Source: a virus (taxonomy: Duplodnaviria > Caudoviricetes). Taken from it: a stretch of 63,869 nt of DNA. A program made the position numbers and the translations under genes. The notes under the pieces were generated by a model, which did not search any database, was not told the origin of the DNA, and saw only the letters and a list, made by a program, of their open reading frames with translations. The stretch is taken from the IMG/VR virus record IMGVR_UViG_3300027816_000108, positions 1 to 63,869 of that record; one strand, given 5' to 3'. Numbering within the stretch: position 1 is the first letter of the stretch; each line of letters opens with the position of its first letter. This document shows, piece after piece, positions 40,018 to 51,396 of the stretch.

Positions 40018-41004
40018 ATGAATAGTAAAGTAATTGACTTAGCCGTACTTGATACAGTAACCGCCAACGGTACAGATTGTTCTGTATCGGGAGGTATTGT
40101 AACCCTGAAGGATATTGATGGCCCAATCTTAACAAGCGGACTTATCTCGGTTGAAACCAAAACAGCCGTAACAGCCGTAGCTAAGGTTGACATTGTTACC
40201 CCTTCAACCGTATCTAACAACGCTGTTTACAGCCTGACTTTGACCTACACCGATAGCAAAACAGGATTGTCAGTAGCTAAACCGATGACTTACACTTCAG
40301 ACGCATCTGCAAGTGCAACTGAAATCTGTAACGCATTCCGTTCTTACATCAACAGCACCCCTAACTGCCCTGTAACTGCATCAGGAACAACTACCTTGAT
40401 TCTGACTGCCGATTCAGGCTATCCTAACTCTTTTGTAACATCTACAAGCGACAGCAAATTCACTATCGCCACAGGTGGTTCAGGAGGTTCAACAGCGGGT
40501 GTAGTTGGTTATGGACTTGGTTCACAACTTGCTGCTAAATACCCTGAAGCTGAATACCCTGCTATTGCTAACTTGGTTGCTGCTTCTGCTTACACAGAGG
40601 TAATCGTAACTTACCAAGACCTCGCAGGTCAAGGTGAGAACTCAACCATGAGCAACGGTATCGTATCAGCAGTAATGCTTGTGAAAGAATCTGCTACTAA
40701 CTTTGCTGACCTGCTTGGTACTTACGGTACTGTAACAGGTTTGAGAGCAGGTTACGCAGTAACTATCACAGCCCCCGCTACTACAACTTGCGAAGTAACC
40801 GTTACCACAGGTGCTCTGACACTTGCAGGTGGTTCTGCTACCTTTGCCTCACTTGGCGCACAATCGGGCGATTATATCGCAATCGGTTCTGATGTTACCA
40901 AGATTACAGGCATCACAGGTGCTGCCGCAGGTTTTGGCACAAAGGTTACTGCTACCGCAGCCGCTACTTTCAAGTTGGCTGCATGGCGTAATCTCGGATT
41001 CTAA
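40018..41004 (+). CDS. Auxiliary capsid/decoration protein
   Basis: Thr/Ala-rich, same codon bias as the MCP, followed by a terminator. Confidence 0.55.
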   Translation: MNSKVIDLAVLDTVTANGTDCSVSGGIVTLKDIDGPILTSGLISVETKTAVTAVAKVDIVTPSTVSNNAVYSLTLTYTDSKTGLSVAKPMTYTSDASASATEICNAFRSYINSTPNCPVTASGTTTLILTADSGYPNSFVTSTSDSKFTIATGGSGGSTAGVVGYGLGSQLAAKYPEAEYPAIANLVAASAYTEVIVTYQDLAGQGENSTMSNGIVSAVMLVKESATNFADLLGTYGTVTGLRAGYAVTITAPATTTCEVTVTTGALTLAGGSATFASLGAQSGDYIAIGSDVTKITGITGAAAGFGTKVTATAAATFKLAAWRNLGF

Positions 41005-41032
41005 CCTTCCATTTCCGTCCGTTTCATAGCAC

Positions 41033-41059
41033 AAGCCCACCCCTAAAAAGGTGGGTTTT
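41033..41059 (+). terminator. Intrinsic terminator
   Basis: AAGCCCACC/GGTGGGTTTT hairpin with T-rich tail. Confidence 0.75.
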
Positions 41060-41117
41060 GTGTTTTATTTGCATTGTATAATAATTAGTATTATATTTGA
41101 ACAAAAAATTAGACAGA

Positions 41118-42353
41118 ATGGAAAAGGTTAAATTTCGTGTACAATCACGGTACATTGACACACAAGCCACCCCGATACTCATGCGTCATTTTAACAAGCA
41201 GTTAAGAACGCAGGTGGTTATGTTCAAAAACGGAGTAATTGAATTTAGAAACGCCACCCCTGATGAAGAGGATTTTTTGGATTCCATTGTGCTGACACAG
41301 CGTATGCACATTGAGGGTGGACATTTCAGGGTATATGCTGATTTTGAGTATGTTCCCGAACATTTAGAGGGTAAGTTAAACAGCGAATACGAGCGTTTGA
41401 ACAATATCCGCAACCGCAAATTGCACGAGTTTATGAAAATGGACAGCCGTGTAAAAAGCACAAACAATCAAAATATCATAGCCGACCCACCGTTTGAATT
41501 GGTAGAGGTTAGCGCAGATGTAATTGCCGAAGAAAAGAAGAACAAAGAGATTGCCACAGCGTCACAGAAGTTGACCGAAGTGTATAACAATAACGAAGAT
41601 TTGTTTGTAGATATTTGTTATGCGTATGGCATCCCGAATATTCAAAACTCAGAAAAGCAGAAGTTGTATAACTTGTGTATGAGCAAGTTGACAATTAATC
41701 CACAGGAATTTTTGAAACTTATCAACCAAAAAGATATTGCATTGCGTTCATTGGTACAACGTGCAATTAACTTTAAAGAGTTGAAAGACGGGCAAGAGAA
41801 AGGCATCATTGATATTACCCCGAACGGTAACTATATGTTAGACGGTGAGTTTATCGCAGCCAATATTGACGACTGCTATGAGCATTTCAAATCGCACGAA
41901 AAGCACAGACGTTATTTGGAAACCAAATTGGGGGTAGCTCCGTTGGTAGTTCACAGCACAATGGTAACAAAGGCAGCAGAAGACACTACCGAAACGGTTG
42001 AATTGACATTGGTTGACCATCAGATTTCGCAGCGTTATGCTGAAACAAACACCCGTGATATTAGGTTTAAATTGGCGCAAGCATGGCGCATTAAAGACCC
42101 TATTAAACGGGAAAAGAGAATTAACACCCTGCGTGAAGTGTATTCCAACAACTCGGTAAACGAAAAAATGTTTTTAAAAGAACTTGCCCGTTTGCAGAAA
42201 CGAGGTGTGGAAATGACCCCGCAACTGATTGATAAAAAGTATCTACCTATTAACGAAGATTACGTGGGTAAGAAAAAAGGTAATACAGAAGAATCGGAGT
42301 TGCCCGAAGTATCAGAGGTAGCCACCGATATTGACAACCCAACAGAAGAGTAA
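41118..42353 (+). CDS. Hypothetical protein (head module)
   Basis: Long ORF with its own promoter. Confidence 0.65.
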   Translation: MEKVKFRVQSRYIDTQATPILMRHFNKQLRTQVVMFKNGVIEFRNATPDEEDFLDSIVLTQRMHIEGGHFRVYADFEYVPEHLEGKLNSEYERLNNIRNRKLHEFMKMDSRVKSTNNQNIIADPPFELVEVSADVIAEEKKNKEIATASQKLTEVYNNNEDLFVDICYAYGIPNIQNSEKQKLYNLCMSKLTINPQEFLKLINQKDIALRSLVQRAINFKELKDGQEKGIIDITPNGNYMLDGEFIAANIDDCYEHFKSHEKHRRYLETKLGVAPLVVHSTMVTKAAEDTTETVELTLVDHQISQRYAETNTRDIRFKLAQAWRIKDPIKREKRINTLREVYSNNSVNEKMFLKELARLQKRGVEMTPQLIDKKYLPINEDYVGKKKGNTEESELPEVSEVATDIDNPTEE

Positions 42354-42392
42354 TTGTGTGATTGTTTTCATATTTAATTGTTTAATTGGTTA

Positions 42393-42424
42393 CGAAAGCC
42401 CCGCTCAAAAGGTGGGGTTTTTCG
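42393..42424 (+). terminator. Intrinsic terminator
   Basis: AAAGCCCCGC/GTGGGGTTT hairpin plus T-run. Confidence 0.7.
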
Positions 42425-42447
42425 TTTTAAAATAGTATATTTGTACT

Positions 42448-43068
42448 ATGTTAGTCAGCGAAATAAAGAACAATTTTAATGTACAATGGGACGAGTTCTA
42501 TTCGGGTGAGATACCCGATGACCGTTTAAACTACATATTTGACCGTGCCCAAACGAACTATTGGGAGAAGATGATGAACAGCTATCAGATTAACAGCGCA
42601 GTAACCGCAGAGTTGCAGCCGTTGATTGTAAGTGCAACACCCGCTATTGCACCGTCAAACATTGTTCAGATTTCAAGCATACCCGATTATAAGCGTGTAT
42701 TGGCCGTTATGGCTACCTATACCGAAAACGGGGTAACATATACCGAATACGCTAAAGAATTGCCCACAGAAGAATTGGGGTCGTTTTTCAGCAGGGGAAC
42801 TGTACGCTACCCCCGTTACCGCATGGTGCAGGATAATGTGTACGTAATGCCCGAAAGTCCTGCGTTGTCATCATTGACCGTAACGTATTTCAGAAAGCCA
42901 TACGACATTGACTTTACCGATTTATTAGACCCCGATATTCCGTACATTGAAAAGAGTATTGCGGGAATTATAGACGAAGCGTTAGCCATTGCCTCTACGA
43001 TATACCGTGAGGATGGTTACTACAATGTAGCCGAACGTGAGCAGCGGGAAAATTCTAACTCGCTGTAA
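42448..43068 (+). CDS. Head-tail adaptor/ring protein
   Basis: LTVTYFRKP motif; position. Confidence 0.6.
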   Translation: MLVSEIKNNFNVQWDEFYSGEIPDDRLNYIFDRAQTNYWEKMMNSYQINSAVTAELQPLIVSATPAIAPSNIVQISSIPDYKRVLAVMATYTENGVTYTEYAKELPTEELGSFFSRGTVRYPRYRMVQDNVYVMPESPALSSLTVTYFRKPYDIDFTDLLDPDIPYIEKSIAGIIDEALAIASTIYREDGYYNVAEREQRENSNSL

Positions 43069-43240
43069 CAGCAAGTGAATCAACCGCTTGTTCGTGGGTA
43101 ATGTAGCAGTTTTCGCCCGAATACCCTGAGAACATTGGTGTAGCAACAATTTCAAGAATACGCTGATTGGCGTGGTCAACATAGTAAAATGTTTGCCCCT
43201 CTAATACAGCGACCCCGTTTATGTAAAACATTGTTTCCAT
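43055..43240 (-). CDS. Small antisense moron gene
   Basis: Own TATCTTTG promoter at 43256..43249. Confidence 0.5.
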   Translation of the reverse strand: METMFYINGVAVLEGQTFYYVDHANQRILEIVATPMFSGYSGENCYITHEQAVDSLAVTAS

Positions 43241-43353
43241 ACGGGTTACAAAGATAATACATTCCGTAATACAATGCAAGTGTTTGTTAATCAGGCAAAA
43301 TAATGTCTGCTTAAAAGTGTCTATTTTTGTGTACATTTTTGTATATTTGCATT

Positions 43354-44031
43354 ATGACCCTTGACCAAGTTGAAGAAATAATTGAGCGTTCAATCAATGC
43401 GGGTTTAGCTACATTGAACGGAAAATGGCAACCCCTGTACATTGAAGAGTTGATTCACGAAGCAAGGGGACAGGCTATTATTGAAACCTATAATGGCAGC
43501 AGAAGGCTTGCATCATCAAAGCGTATTAGCGGTGAGTGGTTGCAGGATTTCAATTTAACCATTACCCCGTCACAGCAGAACCCCGATGTAGATTACCTTG
43601 TGGTGCAATGCCCCGCCCCTGTGCGTATTAATTCAAACACAGACGGGTTGGTATATGTAGGTTCACGCAACAATGCCGTAGCGTTTAAAAAGGCTACCAA
43701 CAGGCAAGAGATTGCTATGTACATCCAACGGGGATTCATCAAAGACGGTAAGGATATAGTGTATTACCTTGACGGTGATAAATTGTATATCTATGGCAAT
43801 AAGCAGTTAAAAAACCTTGCAGTAAGTGGCGTGTTCCAAGACCCCACAGCCGTAACGGGTTACGATATAAAGAACGAGAACTACCCTATAAGCAGGGATT
43901 TAATTCCGCTTATGGAGGATTACATTATTAACAGATTAAGAGTTGCACTCGGTCAAGCCCCTGATATTATCAGCGATGCTTCGGTATCGAATGACCAAGC
44001 AAGGATTAAGGCTAACATTGTTAAACGATAA
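43354..44031 (+). CDS. Ring/tail structural protein
   Basis: YLDGDKLYIY...GVFQDP...YPI motifs of crAss-like ring proteins. Confidence 0.6.
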   Translation: MTLDQVEEIIERSINAGLATLNGKWQPLYIEELIHEARGQAIIETYNGSRRLASSKRISGEWLQDFNLTITPSQQNPDVDYLVVQCPAPVRINSNTDGLVYVGSRNNAVAFKKATNRQEIAMYIQRGFIKDGKDIVYYLDGDKLYIYGNKQLKNLAVSGVFQDPTAVTGYDIKNENYPISRDLIPLMEDYIINRLRVALGQAPDIISDASVSNDQARIKANIVKR

Positions 44032-44034
44032 CCT

Positions 44035-44739
44035 ATGGCATACAACATACAAGATTACGGCACATACGACTATATATCATTAGATACGTTGGTAGCAGCA
44101 GCAAAGATGCGATTGGGTATGAAAGATACCAATGCTGATGATATTTACCTGAAAGACCTTGCTATTGACGGCACAAAGAGAATACGTGGTTTGCAGTCGT
44201 TTGTACAAGCGCAAGCGCAAATCCCTATTCAAAATTTGAAAGCCAAGTTGCCAACGGGGTTCATACGTTTAAACAAACCAAACGCTATTGTGTTTGTAAA
44301 CGCAGACGGCACAATGAACACACGGAACATTTATCAACCCGTGTACGTTGATAACCCGTTTTTTGAAAACGACCCCACAACGGTAGCGTCACCCGACCAA
44401 AGCCGTTCGGGATATAAGTTCCTACCCACTTATCAGATTGTGGGGCAGTACATATATTTCAGCGCAAGTGTAACGGCTGATTACATTATGATAAGTTACT
44501 TGTCACAGAATGTAGATGACAACGGGGATATACTCATACCCGAAATTTATCAGATAGCCGTAGTGCCATATATTTGTTGGCAGTACAGCAAAACCTACTT
44601 TGACCGATTCCCAATGGGTATTATACAAATGTACGAAATGGAGTACAAGCAGAATAAGTCAGCCATACGTGGTATATCCAATATGCCTGATGCTGCACAA
44701 AATCAGCTTACTTCATTCAAAATGAACACAATAGTTTAA
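44035..44739 (+). CDS. Tail tubular/ring protein
   Basis: ISYL...DDNGDILIPE motif. Confidence 0.6.
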   Translation: MAYNIQDYGTYDYISLDTLVAAAKMRLGMKDTNADDIYLKDLAIDGTKRIRGLQSFVQAQAQIPIQNLKAKLPTGFIRLNKPNAIVFVNADGTMNTRNIYQPVYVDNPFFENDPTTVASPDQSRSGYKFLPTYQIVGQYIYFSASVTADYIMISYLSQNVDDNGDILIPEIYQIAVVPYICWQYSKTYFDRFPMGIIQMYEMEYKQNKSAIRGISNMPDAAQNQLTSFKMNTIV

Positions 44740-44740
44740 T

Positions 44741-47700
44741 ATGCAGGACTTTAGCCGTCACGATTTCACCAAAGGTCTTAATCAGGATTTTGACACCCGC
44801 CTTGTACCGACAAACCAATATACCGATGCACAAGATGCAGAGTTTGTTGGTAATGATAGCGGGACAATGTTTGCTGCGGAAGCAAAGAAATCAATGGCTA
44901 TTGCCTATACTATCCCGACAATCAGCGCACAAAAGCAAGAGTGGCAGATAAAGTTTGTAGCAGGTGCAGTAGCCCCCAATGACAAGGACTATGAGTTTAC
45001 CCTGAGATATTTGGGTAACACCTATACAGCTACCGTAACCGTAACGGGTTCAAGCCCCGCCACAACGCAGACAGCTATTGAAGGTTTGTTTACCACAGCG
45101 GGATTAAGCGCAACCACATCGTATGATTTGGGAACAAATGCGATTACCATATCCCAAACCGCAAATCAAATAGCAGATGTATTCTTTTCGTTTACTATTA
45201 ACGGTGAACAACAAACCACCTATTTAACCAAAGACTTTTTGGGATTCGGTGGGCAACTACAACCCGTACAATCATGTGAGTTGGACAATAAAATGTTTGT
45301 ATTGTCCAAGTGTATGAACAACGGTGCGACAGAACTTGGCGTAGTGGTAAAATCGGATAGCATAAGTTCAGTTGAACAATACACCTATACCCGACTAATG
45401 AGAACAAAGGGTATTGTATTGCCGTTAAAGACCGACAAGGGTACAACCAAGTTGGGATTTTGGGATGCAAATACCAACACCCCTGTACTCACAGCCACCG
45501 ATACATCAGCCACACAAGGGTTTTATGAGGTATCCGTAGCGGGTACGCAGTTTGGTGTGGATTGGGAAGTGGGCGATTATATCATTCACTACTTAGGCAA
45601 CTATCAAAAAAATTGGGTTAAAGTACCCAATAACGAAGTAATAGATTTTAAGGGAGAAAGATTTAAAGACGACCAATACGCACTATACTTTGTGGACAAT
45701 TATAACAAACCCAAAGTAGTGTATGTGCCTGATACATTGACGCAGGACTGCGTGGTAAAAAGCGTAACCAACCCTGACGGTACACACAACCTTTCAAGCG
45801 TAGATGAACAAACAAACCTGCAACTCATAAACAATATGGGTTACGTAGAGTTTTTGCAGCAGCTACAAAGCGGGGGTGCATTAAAAGCAGGGGGCAAGAG
45901 ATACGCAGTACGTTTTGGTGTAGGGGAAAGCAACACAACCGAGTGGAGTTTCCTTACCCCGAATGTGATACCCGTTTACAAAGAAAGCACAGAGGGTTCA
46001 GCCTATGTAATACGTGGTAACGTAGTAGGTGAAACCACAAGTAAAGCAAACGTATTACGGGTTTACAACGCACGTCCCGATGTATTTCAATGGGTAGAAC
46101 TTGCGGTAGTAAACTATGCAAGCGACCTTGCACAATCAGCCGAGTTAGTGGGTAGATATTACCACACAACCGATATAATTGACATTACACATTTTGGAAC
46201 AGAGCAGACCACACAATTAGATACGGGTTCATTATTGCAAGTTCAAGACGTGGTATTAACCGCAAAGAACCAAGAGATAAAACTCAACCGCATGAACTAT
46301 GCGGGTATTAACATTGCAACAAGCCAAGACCTTACAAGCATAGCAAGCGGTATTACCCAATCACAAAGCAAGTATGCAATGGATGGGGTTGGGCGTTCAA
46401 ATAATACCCGTGAGGGGGTGTTTGGGGCATATACCGCAGCATCAACAAATACACTTGTTGCTATATCCTTTAACGAAGTTTGGGATTTATCAAACTATTG
46501 GCAACTAAATTCACAGTTTTACCCTGCACCGTATTCGTATTTTTCGTTGAATGTATCAATGAATGTAACCCTTGCAATAGCCGCAGTACCTAATGCAGCG
46601 TGGAGGATATTGATACGAGATAACACAAATGCAATAGTTTGGACAAGCGAATACGAAAAATTAGAAGGACGTACTTTTTTTACAGCAAGTGCATTTACCC
46701 CTTTGTTATTTGCAGGTGCTACATACTATACCGTTCAGTTAGAGGTTGCCAATCAAACGGGTTTAATAACAATTACCGAGAGATATTGTGCAGGTTACAT
46801 ATCAACCAACGGACAATCAAGTACCAAAGACATAAAGTACGGTGAGTACCTTGACCCATATAACTGCGCCAATAAGGTAGGTTATATGTTGGGTGAAACC
46901 TATGCTTTTGCTATCCGATTCCACTACAAGAACGGTTATGTAAGTGACCCATATCCTATTGACGGGGGTACGTTTACATTTAACACGGATACTGAAACGG
47001 TTTTAGTTGGAAACCCACCCGTAGCTGTACAAGCACAATATACAAGTACGGGGGCAAACGATTACGCATTTGCCACATTCCTTGAACTGAACAACATTGA
47101 TATTAGTTCAATACGTGACCAAATAAACGGGTTTAGTATTTGGAGGGCGCAAGTAACAAACCCCACCATAATGGGTACGGGGGTATTTGTTCCGTCACAC
47201 GGATTTACAGGTATTGACCCAACTGTAACCGCAAGTTCGCAGAACGGTAACTTTTCATGGGGATATTACTCGGCACAAATACGTGGTAATGACTACGGAA
47301 CTATTATACCGTCAACCACCAATAAAGTGCGTCAGTTTGGTATGATGATGTGCCCCGATGTAATGTTTGGCAAAACACAATTCGACTATGCCAACGGGGA
47401 TAAGCTAATAAACTTGGGGCAATTTGACCGCTATCAACGGGAAGACAATATGTTTGTTACCCCCGCTATTGGTGACTTTTCAGAATACACGGGCGCATCA
47501 GCCCTTGTAACTCCCGAAGAGTATGACATATCGGATAGTGTTATTACAGCATATAGCGATTCAAAAAGAAAGTTAAGACAAGCAGTATCGGCAACCGAAG
47601 ATTGGGAGGTTTCAGCCTTATTGGATTCAACGGGTGCATATACCACAGGCAACGCCACAGGCATAGCCATAGCATTAGATGCAGATGAATACGCAAACAA

Positions 47701-49435
47701 AGTAACAACGGCTAATGATTACGGGGTGTATAATGTTATTTACAAACGCACCGTAAACGGGCAATACGATTTTGATAACATCACCTATGTACCAACGGGT
47801 ACGTATTACAATGTAACCGCAGATAGCCCCGATATTGTTTCGGGAATACAAGTGTTTGGGGGAGATACCTACACACAAAAAACTATTATGCGTACCGTTT
47901 ACTTTGCTTTCCCCGTGACTATTAGCGGTATCAACTTCTACGTATCGGCAGGTATTAGTTTCTACTCGCAGAATAGAATTAACACTCAACTAAGGTTTAT
48001 TGAGCAGGAAGAGTTAATGTACCCATACAACGTAGAGTTGGATGAATATGTTTGTCCGCCTATTTACCGCACCGAGTTCCTTGCAGACTACCAAGAAGAC
48101 CCCATTCACTATGATGCGTCATACAGCGCAGACAACCTTGTGAACGTAGTTGACGGGTATAACAGCAGAGTAGCAGTAAATGGTATGTACCCCGCAAGAA
48201 TAATGTATTCCGAGCAAAAGCAGTACAACACATTCCTTGATGCGTACAGGGTGCTGTTACCGTTGAACATAAAAGACCTTGACGTAAAAGACGGGGAGAT
48301 AGTAGGCTTGTATGATACGGGTGATTACATAATGGCTATACAGCGTGATGCCATTATCGTGTTGCCATACCAAGCAGACGTAGTGGTAAACTCAGGCGCA
48401 GGTGACGTTTACGTAGGTAACGGTGAAGTATATGCCCGAAGAGGAACAAAGGTATCTACATTGGGAACAACCCTAAAATCAGCTACCTTATCGGGTAAGA
48501 ACAGAAACGGCAACCCCACAATATATTGGTATAGCATACCGTATAAAATCTTTATGAGGTATAGCGGTGACGGTATCCGAAAGCTATCCGATGAAAACCA
48601 AATGCGTACATGGTTTTTGAATAACACAGCGTTCATTAAAAACGAATACGACATACGACTTGGGTTTAACATCGCCAAACAAGATGTGCTTATTACAGCA
48701 GATTGCTTGAACAACAATGCGGCTTGGTGGAATAACTCCACATCGTATAATGTTGGAAACTTTGTAAAGTACGGTGCATCAGGTAGCTATGAAACATTTG
48801 AACAAACCCCCGACATATATCGAGCCACAGGCAACAACACCAACGATGCCCCGTTTGGTAGCTTGAATTGGGAATACATTGAACCAACCGACAATAGGTA
48901 TTACAATAAGTGGACATTGATATTCAACGAGTTACGTAATTCGTTCAGTACATTTACAAGCTATTACCCATTGCGGTATTTGAATTTTCAACAAGATACA
49001 ATGGCAAGCAGACCTATTGACAACGTAGGTCAGGTGTACATCTTGGACAAAGGAACGGATTATTTAAAGTGGTGGAATAACGGTTCAACCCACAAAGCGG
49101 GGGAATTTATGGTAGAAGTAGTGGTAAACAAAAACCCCGAAGTATCTAAGCGATTAGTGTCAACAGGCTTGGCAGTAGGAGAAAACTTTGATACCAACAA
49201 CTTACCAACACTTATTGCAAATAACGAAACTCAGACAAGTACACAAACCGAATGGTTACTACGCAGGGGTGAGTTAATCACAAGCGTAAAGAACCAAGTA
49301 ACGGGGGTAGGAACGCTAACAAGCAGCCCGATAATAGGGCAATGGAATAAGATAAAGATAACCCACACGTATTACATTAAGTTGGTAAGTATTATCAACA
49401 GATTCTACGCAAAATTCAGGTTGCCTTTTAGATAA
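44741..49435 (+). CDS. Tail nozzle/stabilization protein (P22 gp10-like)
   Basis: FTKGLNQD...Y.DA N-terminus; ARIMYSEQ and GEIVGL beta-propeller region. Confidence 0.7.
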   Translation: MQDFSRHDFTKGLNQDFDTRLVPTNQYTDAQDAEFVGNDSGTMFAAEAKKSMAIAYTIPTISAQKQEWQIKFVAGAVAPNDKDYEFTLRYLGNTYTATVTVTGSSPATTQTAIEGLFTTAGLSATTSYDLGTNAITISQTANQIADVFFSFTINGEQQTTYLTKDFLGFGGQLQPVQSCELDNKMFVLSKCMNNGATELGVVVKSDSISSVEQYTYTRLMRTKGIVLPLKTDKGTTKLGFWDANTNTPVLTATDTSATQGFYEVSVAGTQFGVDWEVGDYIIHYLGNYQKNWVKVPNNEVIDFKGERFKDDQYALYFVDNYNKPKVVYVPDTLTQDCVVKSVTNPDGTHNLSSVDEQTNLQLINNMGYVEFLQQLQSGGALKAGGKRYAVRFGVGESNTTEWSFLTPNVIPVYKESTEGSAYVIRGNVVGETTSKANVLRVYNARPDVFQWVELAVVNYASDLAQSAELVGRYYHTTDIIDITHFGTEQTTQLDTGSLLQVQDVVLTAKNQEIKLNRMNYAGINIATSQDLTSIASGITQSQSKYAMDGVGRSNNTREGVFGAYTAASTNTLVAISFNEVWDLSNYWQLNSQFYPAPYSYFSLNVSMNVTLAIAAVPNAAWRILIRDNTNAIVWTSEYEKLEGRTFFTASAFTPLLFAGATYYTVQLEVANQTGLITITERYCAGYISTNGQSSTKDIKYGEYLDPYNCANKVGYMLGETYAFAIRFHYKNGYVSDPYPIDGGTFTFNTDTETVLVGNPPVAVQAQYTSTGANDYAFATFLELNNIDISSIRDQINGFSIWRAQVTNPTIMGTGVFVPSHGFTGIDPTVTASSQNGNFSWGYYSAQIRGNDYGTIIPSTTNKVRQFGMMMCPDVMFGKTQFDYANGDKLINLGQFDRYQREDNMFVTPAIGDFSEYTGASALVTPEEYDISDSVITAYSDSKRKLRQAVSATEDWEVSALLDSTGAYTTGNATGIAIALDADEYANKVTTANDYGVYNVIYKRTVNGQYDFDNITYVPTGTYYNVTADSPDIVSGIQVFGGDTYTQKTIMRTVYFAFPVTISGINFYVSAGISFYSQNRINTQLRFIEQEELMYPYNVELDEYVCPPIYRTEFLADYQEDPIHYDASYSADNLVNVVDGYNSRVAVNGMYPARIMYSEQKQYNTFLDAYRVLLPLNIKDLDVKDGEIVGLYDTGDYIMAIQRDAIIVLPYQADVVVNSGAGDVYVGNGEVYARRGTKVSTLGTTLKSATLSGKNRNGNPTIYWYSIPYKIFMRYSGDGIRKLSDENQMRTWFLNNTAFIKNEYDIRLGFNIAKQDVLITADCLNNNAAWWNNSTSYNVGNFVKYGASGSYETFEQTPDIYRATGNNTNDAPFGSLNWEYIEPTDNRYYNKWTLIFNELRNSFSTFTSYYPLRYLNFQQDTMASRPIDNVGQVYILDKGTDYLKWWNNGSTHKAGEFMVEVVVNKNPEVSKRLVSTGLAVGENFDTNNLPTLIANNETQTSTQTEWLLRRGELITSVKNQVTGVGTLTSSPIIGQWNKIKITHTYYIKLVSIINRFYAKFRLPFR

Positions 49436-49469
49436 GTAAAACGTAAATTTGTATAAAAAAATAGACACC

Positions 49470-49787
49470 ATGCAATATAATCTCGAAGCCCTTGTACGAT
49501 TAACTGAAAAAACAGTTCAGGATTCATACGGGTATAACATTGTACCGCTTGTAATTACAACCACAACCACCGCAGCAACAGGTGAGTTCATATACGCAGT
49601 AAAAGCCATTAACGGTGATGCGGTAATAACATCAGCCGTTGACATTAACGGTGCAACCGTAGCGGGGCTTGCAGGTGTAACAATCAAGCAGGGGGATATA
49701 TTGCAGTTCCCATTAAATACCATTACCCTAACAAGTGGTAAATTGGTGGTTTACAAAACAGTTAAATTAGACAACATCATACCGTGA
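49470..49787 (+). CDS. Small virion protein
   Basis: ITLTSGKLVVY; tail cluster. Confidence 0.55.
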   Translation: MQYNLEALVRLTEKTVQDSYGYNIVPLVITTTTTAATGEFIYAVKAINGDAVITSAVDINGATVAGLAGVTIKQGDILQFPLNTITLTSGKLVVYKTVKLDNIIP

Positions 49788-50635
49788 AAATAGGATTCGG
49801 ACTTGGAATATCGGATTACAGATTGCGGGGTGGTGGCTTAGACCCCGATGCTTTAGCATTTATAGTAGCAGAAGAAACAGCAGGTGCAACATTTGACGCT
49901 AACCAAAAAGATGCTATTAATAATCTATTCTTAAACCTAAAAGGGCAAGGGCCTGATAACAATACCGTAGATTTTTGGACTACAAATAAAGTTCGCAAAT
50001 GGTGGCCTTTGGTTGGTGGAGCATCTTCTGCCGCTAATGAGATAGACATAAGGTTAAATGCTGGTGTGTTTAATGGAGGTTGGACGTTTAACAATAATGG
50101 CGTACTCGGAAATCCAATAGATACATACTTCAATTCACTAACGGCATTTACAGGAGAAGCGACAGGTGATTGGGGTTGGGGTATGTACATAAGCGACTTT
50201 GTAGGCGGAGCAAGTGGCGAATGGTTTAATGGTTATATAATTTATTCCCCATCTGTAATACTTTCAGCATATAGAACGTTCAACCCCGCTGCGCCTGCGC
50301 CAATCGCAAACTCAGGCTCGTACATAAGAAGTGGTGGTATGACGACTATTTTAGATACATTTTCGGGAGCAAGGTCAGCTGTAAGGCAAGGTGGAACTGT
50401 TTATACCGTAAACAATAACTCAGTAATAAACACTTTTGTTGACCCCGACATGGGCGACTGTCCTCTTGACTTTTTCTTTGGCTCAATAAACAACGCAGGG
50501 GGCGGCATAGTTAGTCCAACAGCAAACTACTTTAAATCATTTTACATAACCTATGGAGTAACATCAACTGAAATGGAGTTGCTTCAACAAATAGACAATG
50601 CCTTTCAAACGGCATTAGGAAGGAACACATACTAA
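49784..50635 (+). CDS. Putative receptor-binding/lectin-like tail protein
   Basis: DPDALAFI...WPLVGG...FQTALGRN frame around a variable middle. Confidence 0.55.
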   Translation: MKIGFGLGISDYRLRGGGLDPDALAFIVAEETAGATFDANQKDAINNLFLNLKGQGPDNNTVDFWTTNKVRKWWPLVGGASSAANEIDIRLNAGVFNGGWTFNNNGVLGNPIDTYFNSLTAFTGEATGDWGWGMYISDFVGGASGEWFNGYIIYSPSVILSAYRTFNPAAPAPIANSGSYIRSGGMTTILDTFSGARSAVRQGGTVYTVNNNSVINTFVDPDMGDCPLDFFFGSINNAGGGIVSPTANYFKSFYITYGVTSTEMELLQQIDNAFQTALGRNTY

Positions 50636-50844
50636 TGAAAGTAGCGCACATAACAGAACAACAAGCAGAACAATTGAAAGGGAACATATACTTTCAATCT
50701 GTATTTTTTAACCCTGTACAAGATGCCGATGATAATTGGTGTATCAGCGAAATAGTGATACAGAAAAATGAGAACACCGATTTTGCATGGGTGAACGAAC
50801 TTGTGGCAGATAAAGAGTACAAACTCAAAAAGATAAATATATGA
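50635..50844 (+). CDS. Hypothetical protein (possible fiber chaperone)
   Basis: FNPVQDADDNWCIS; TAATG coupling. Confidence 0.55.
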   Translation: MKVAHITEQQAEQLKGNIYFQSVFFNPVQDADDNWCISEIVIQKNENTDFAWVNELVADKEYKLKKINI

Positions 50845-51006
50845 AAGAGATAATCAACCTTATAGCTGTAATTATATTTGTCGTGTTAGCATACGGGTTT
50901 TATACCCACGCAGAAGGGGCATGGCGTTTAGTTGGCCCGTTTATATTTTTAATATTACTATTTTTCTTTTTATCTAACCCTAATAAAACTTAATCAAATG
51001 TAACTT

Positions 51007-51393
51007 ATGTCACCTCTATCTACCTTTCTATCTAAGTATTATCTTTCTATTGGCGCAGGACTATTAGCGTACATTATCCCAATCAAAGCAGACCTCATAT
51101 TTGTGGGTTCATTAGTAATGTTCGATTGGATAACAGGCATGATGAAAGGTATCAAAACATCCGAGTTTAAAAGTTCAATAGCTATACGCAAGTTTTGGGT
51201 AAGCGCAGGATACCTGTTGGGTATATTTGTAGCCCACAGCGTAGAATTATATTTAGGCAGCGCAACCCCGATTGTAAAGCCAATGGTGGCTATTATAGCC
51301 GTAGCAGAGATACAATCATTACGTGAGAACATACAAATACTTACGGGGTTAGATATACTTAAAAGCGTTTCGGGATTGTTTAAAAAGAAGTAA
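51007..51393 (+). CDS. Holin
   Basis: Three TM segments, DWITG..K, E..S..EN; precedes the endolysin. Confidence 0.75.
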   Translation: MSPLSTFLSKYYLSIGAGLLAYIIPIKADLIFVGSLVMFDWITGMMKGIKTSEFKSSIAIRKFWVSAGYLLGIFVAHSVELYLGSATPIVKPMVAIIAVAEIQSLRENIQILTGLDILKSVSGLFKKK

Positions 51394-51396
51394 GTC

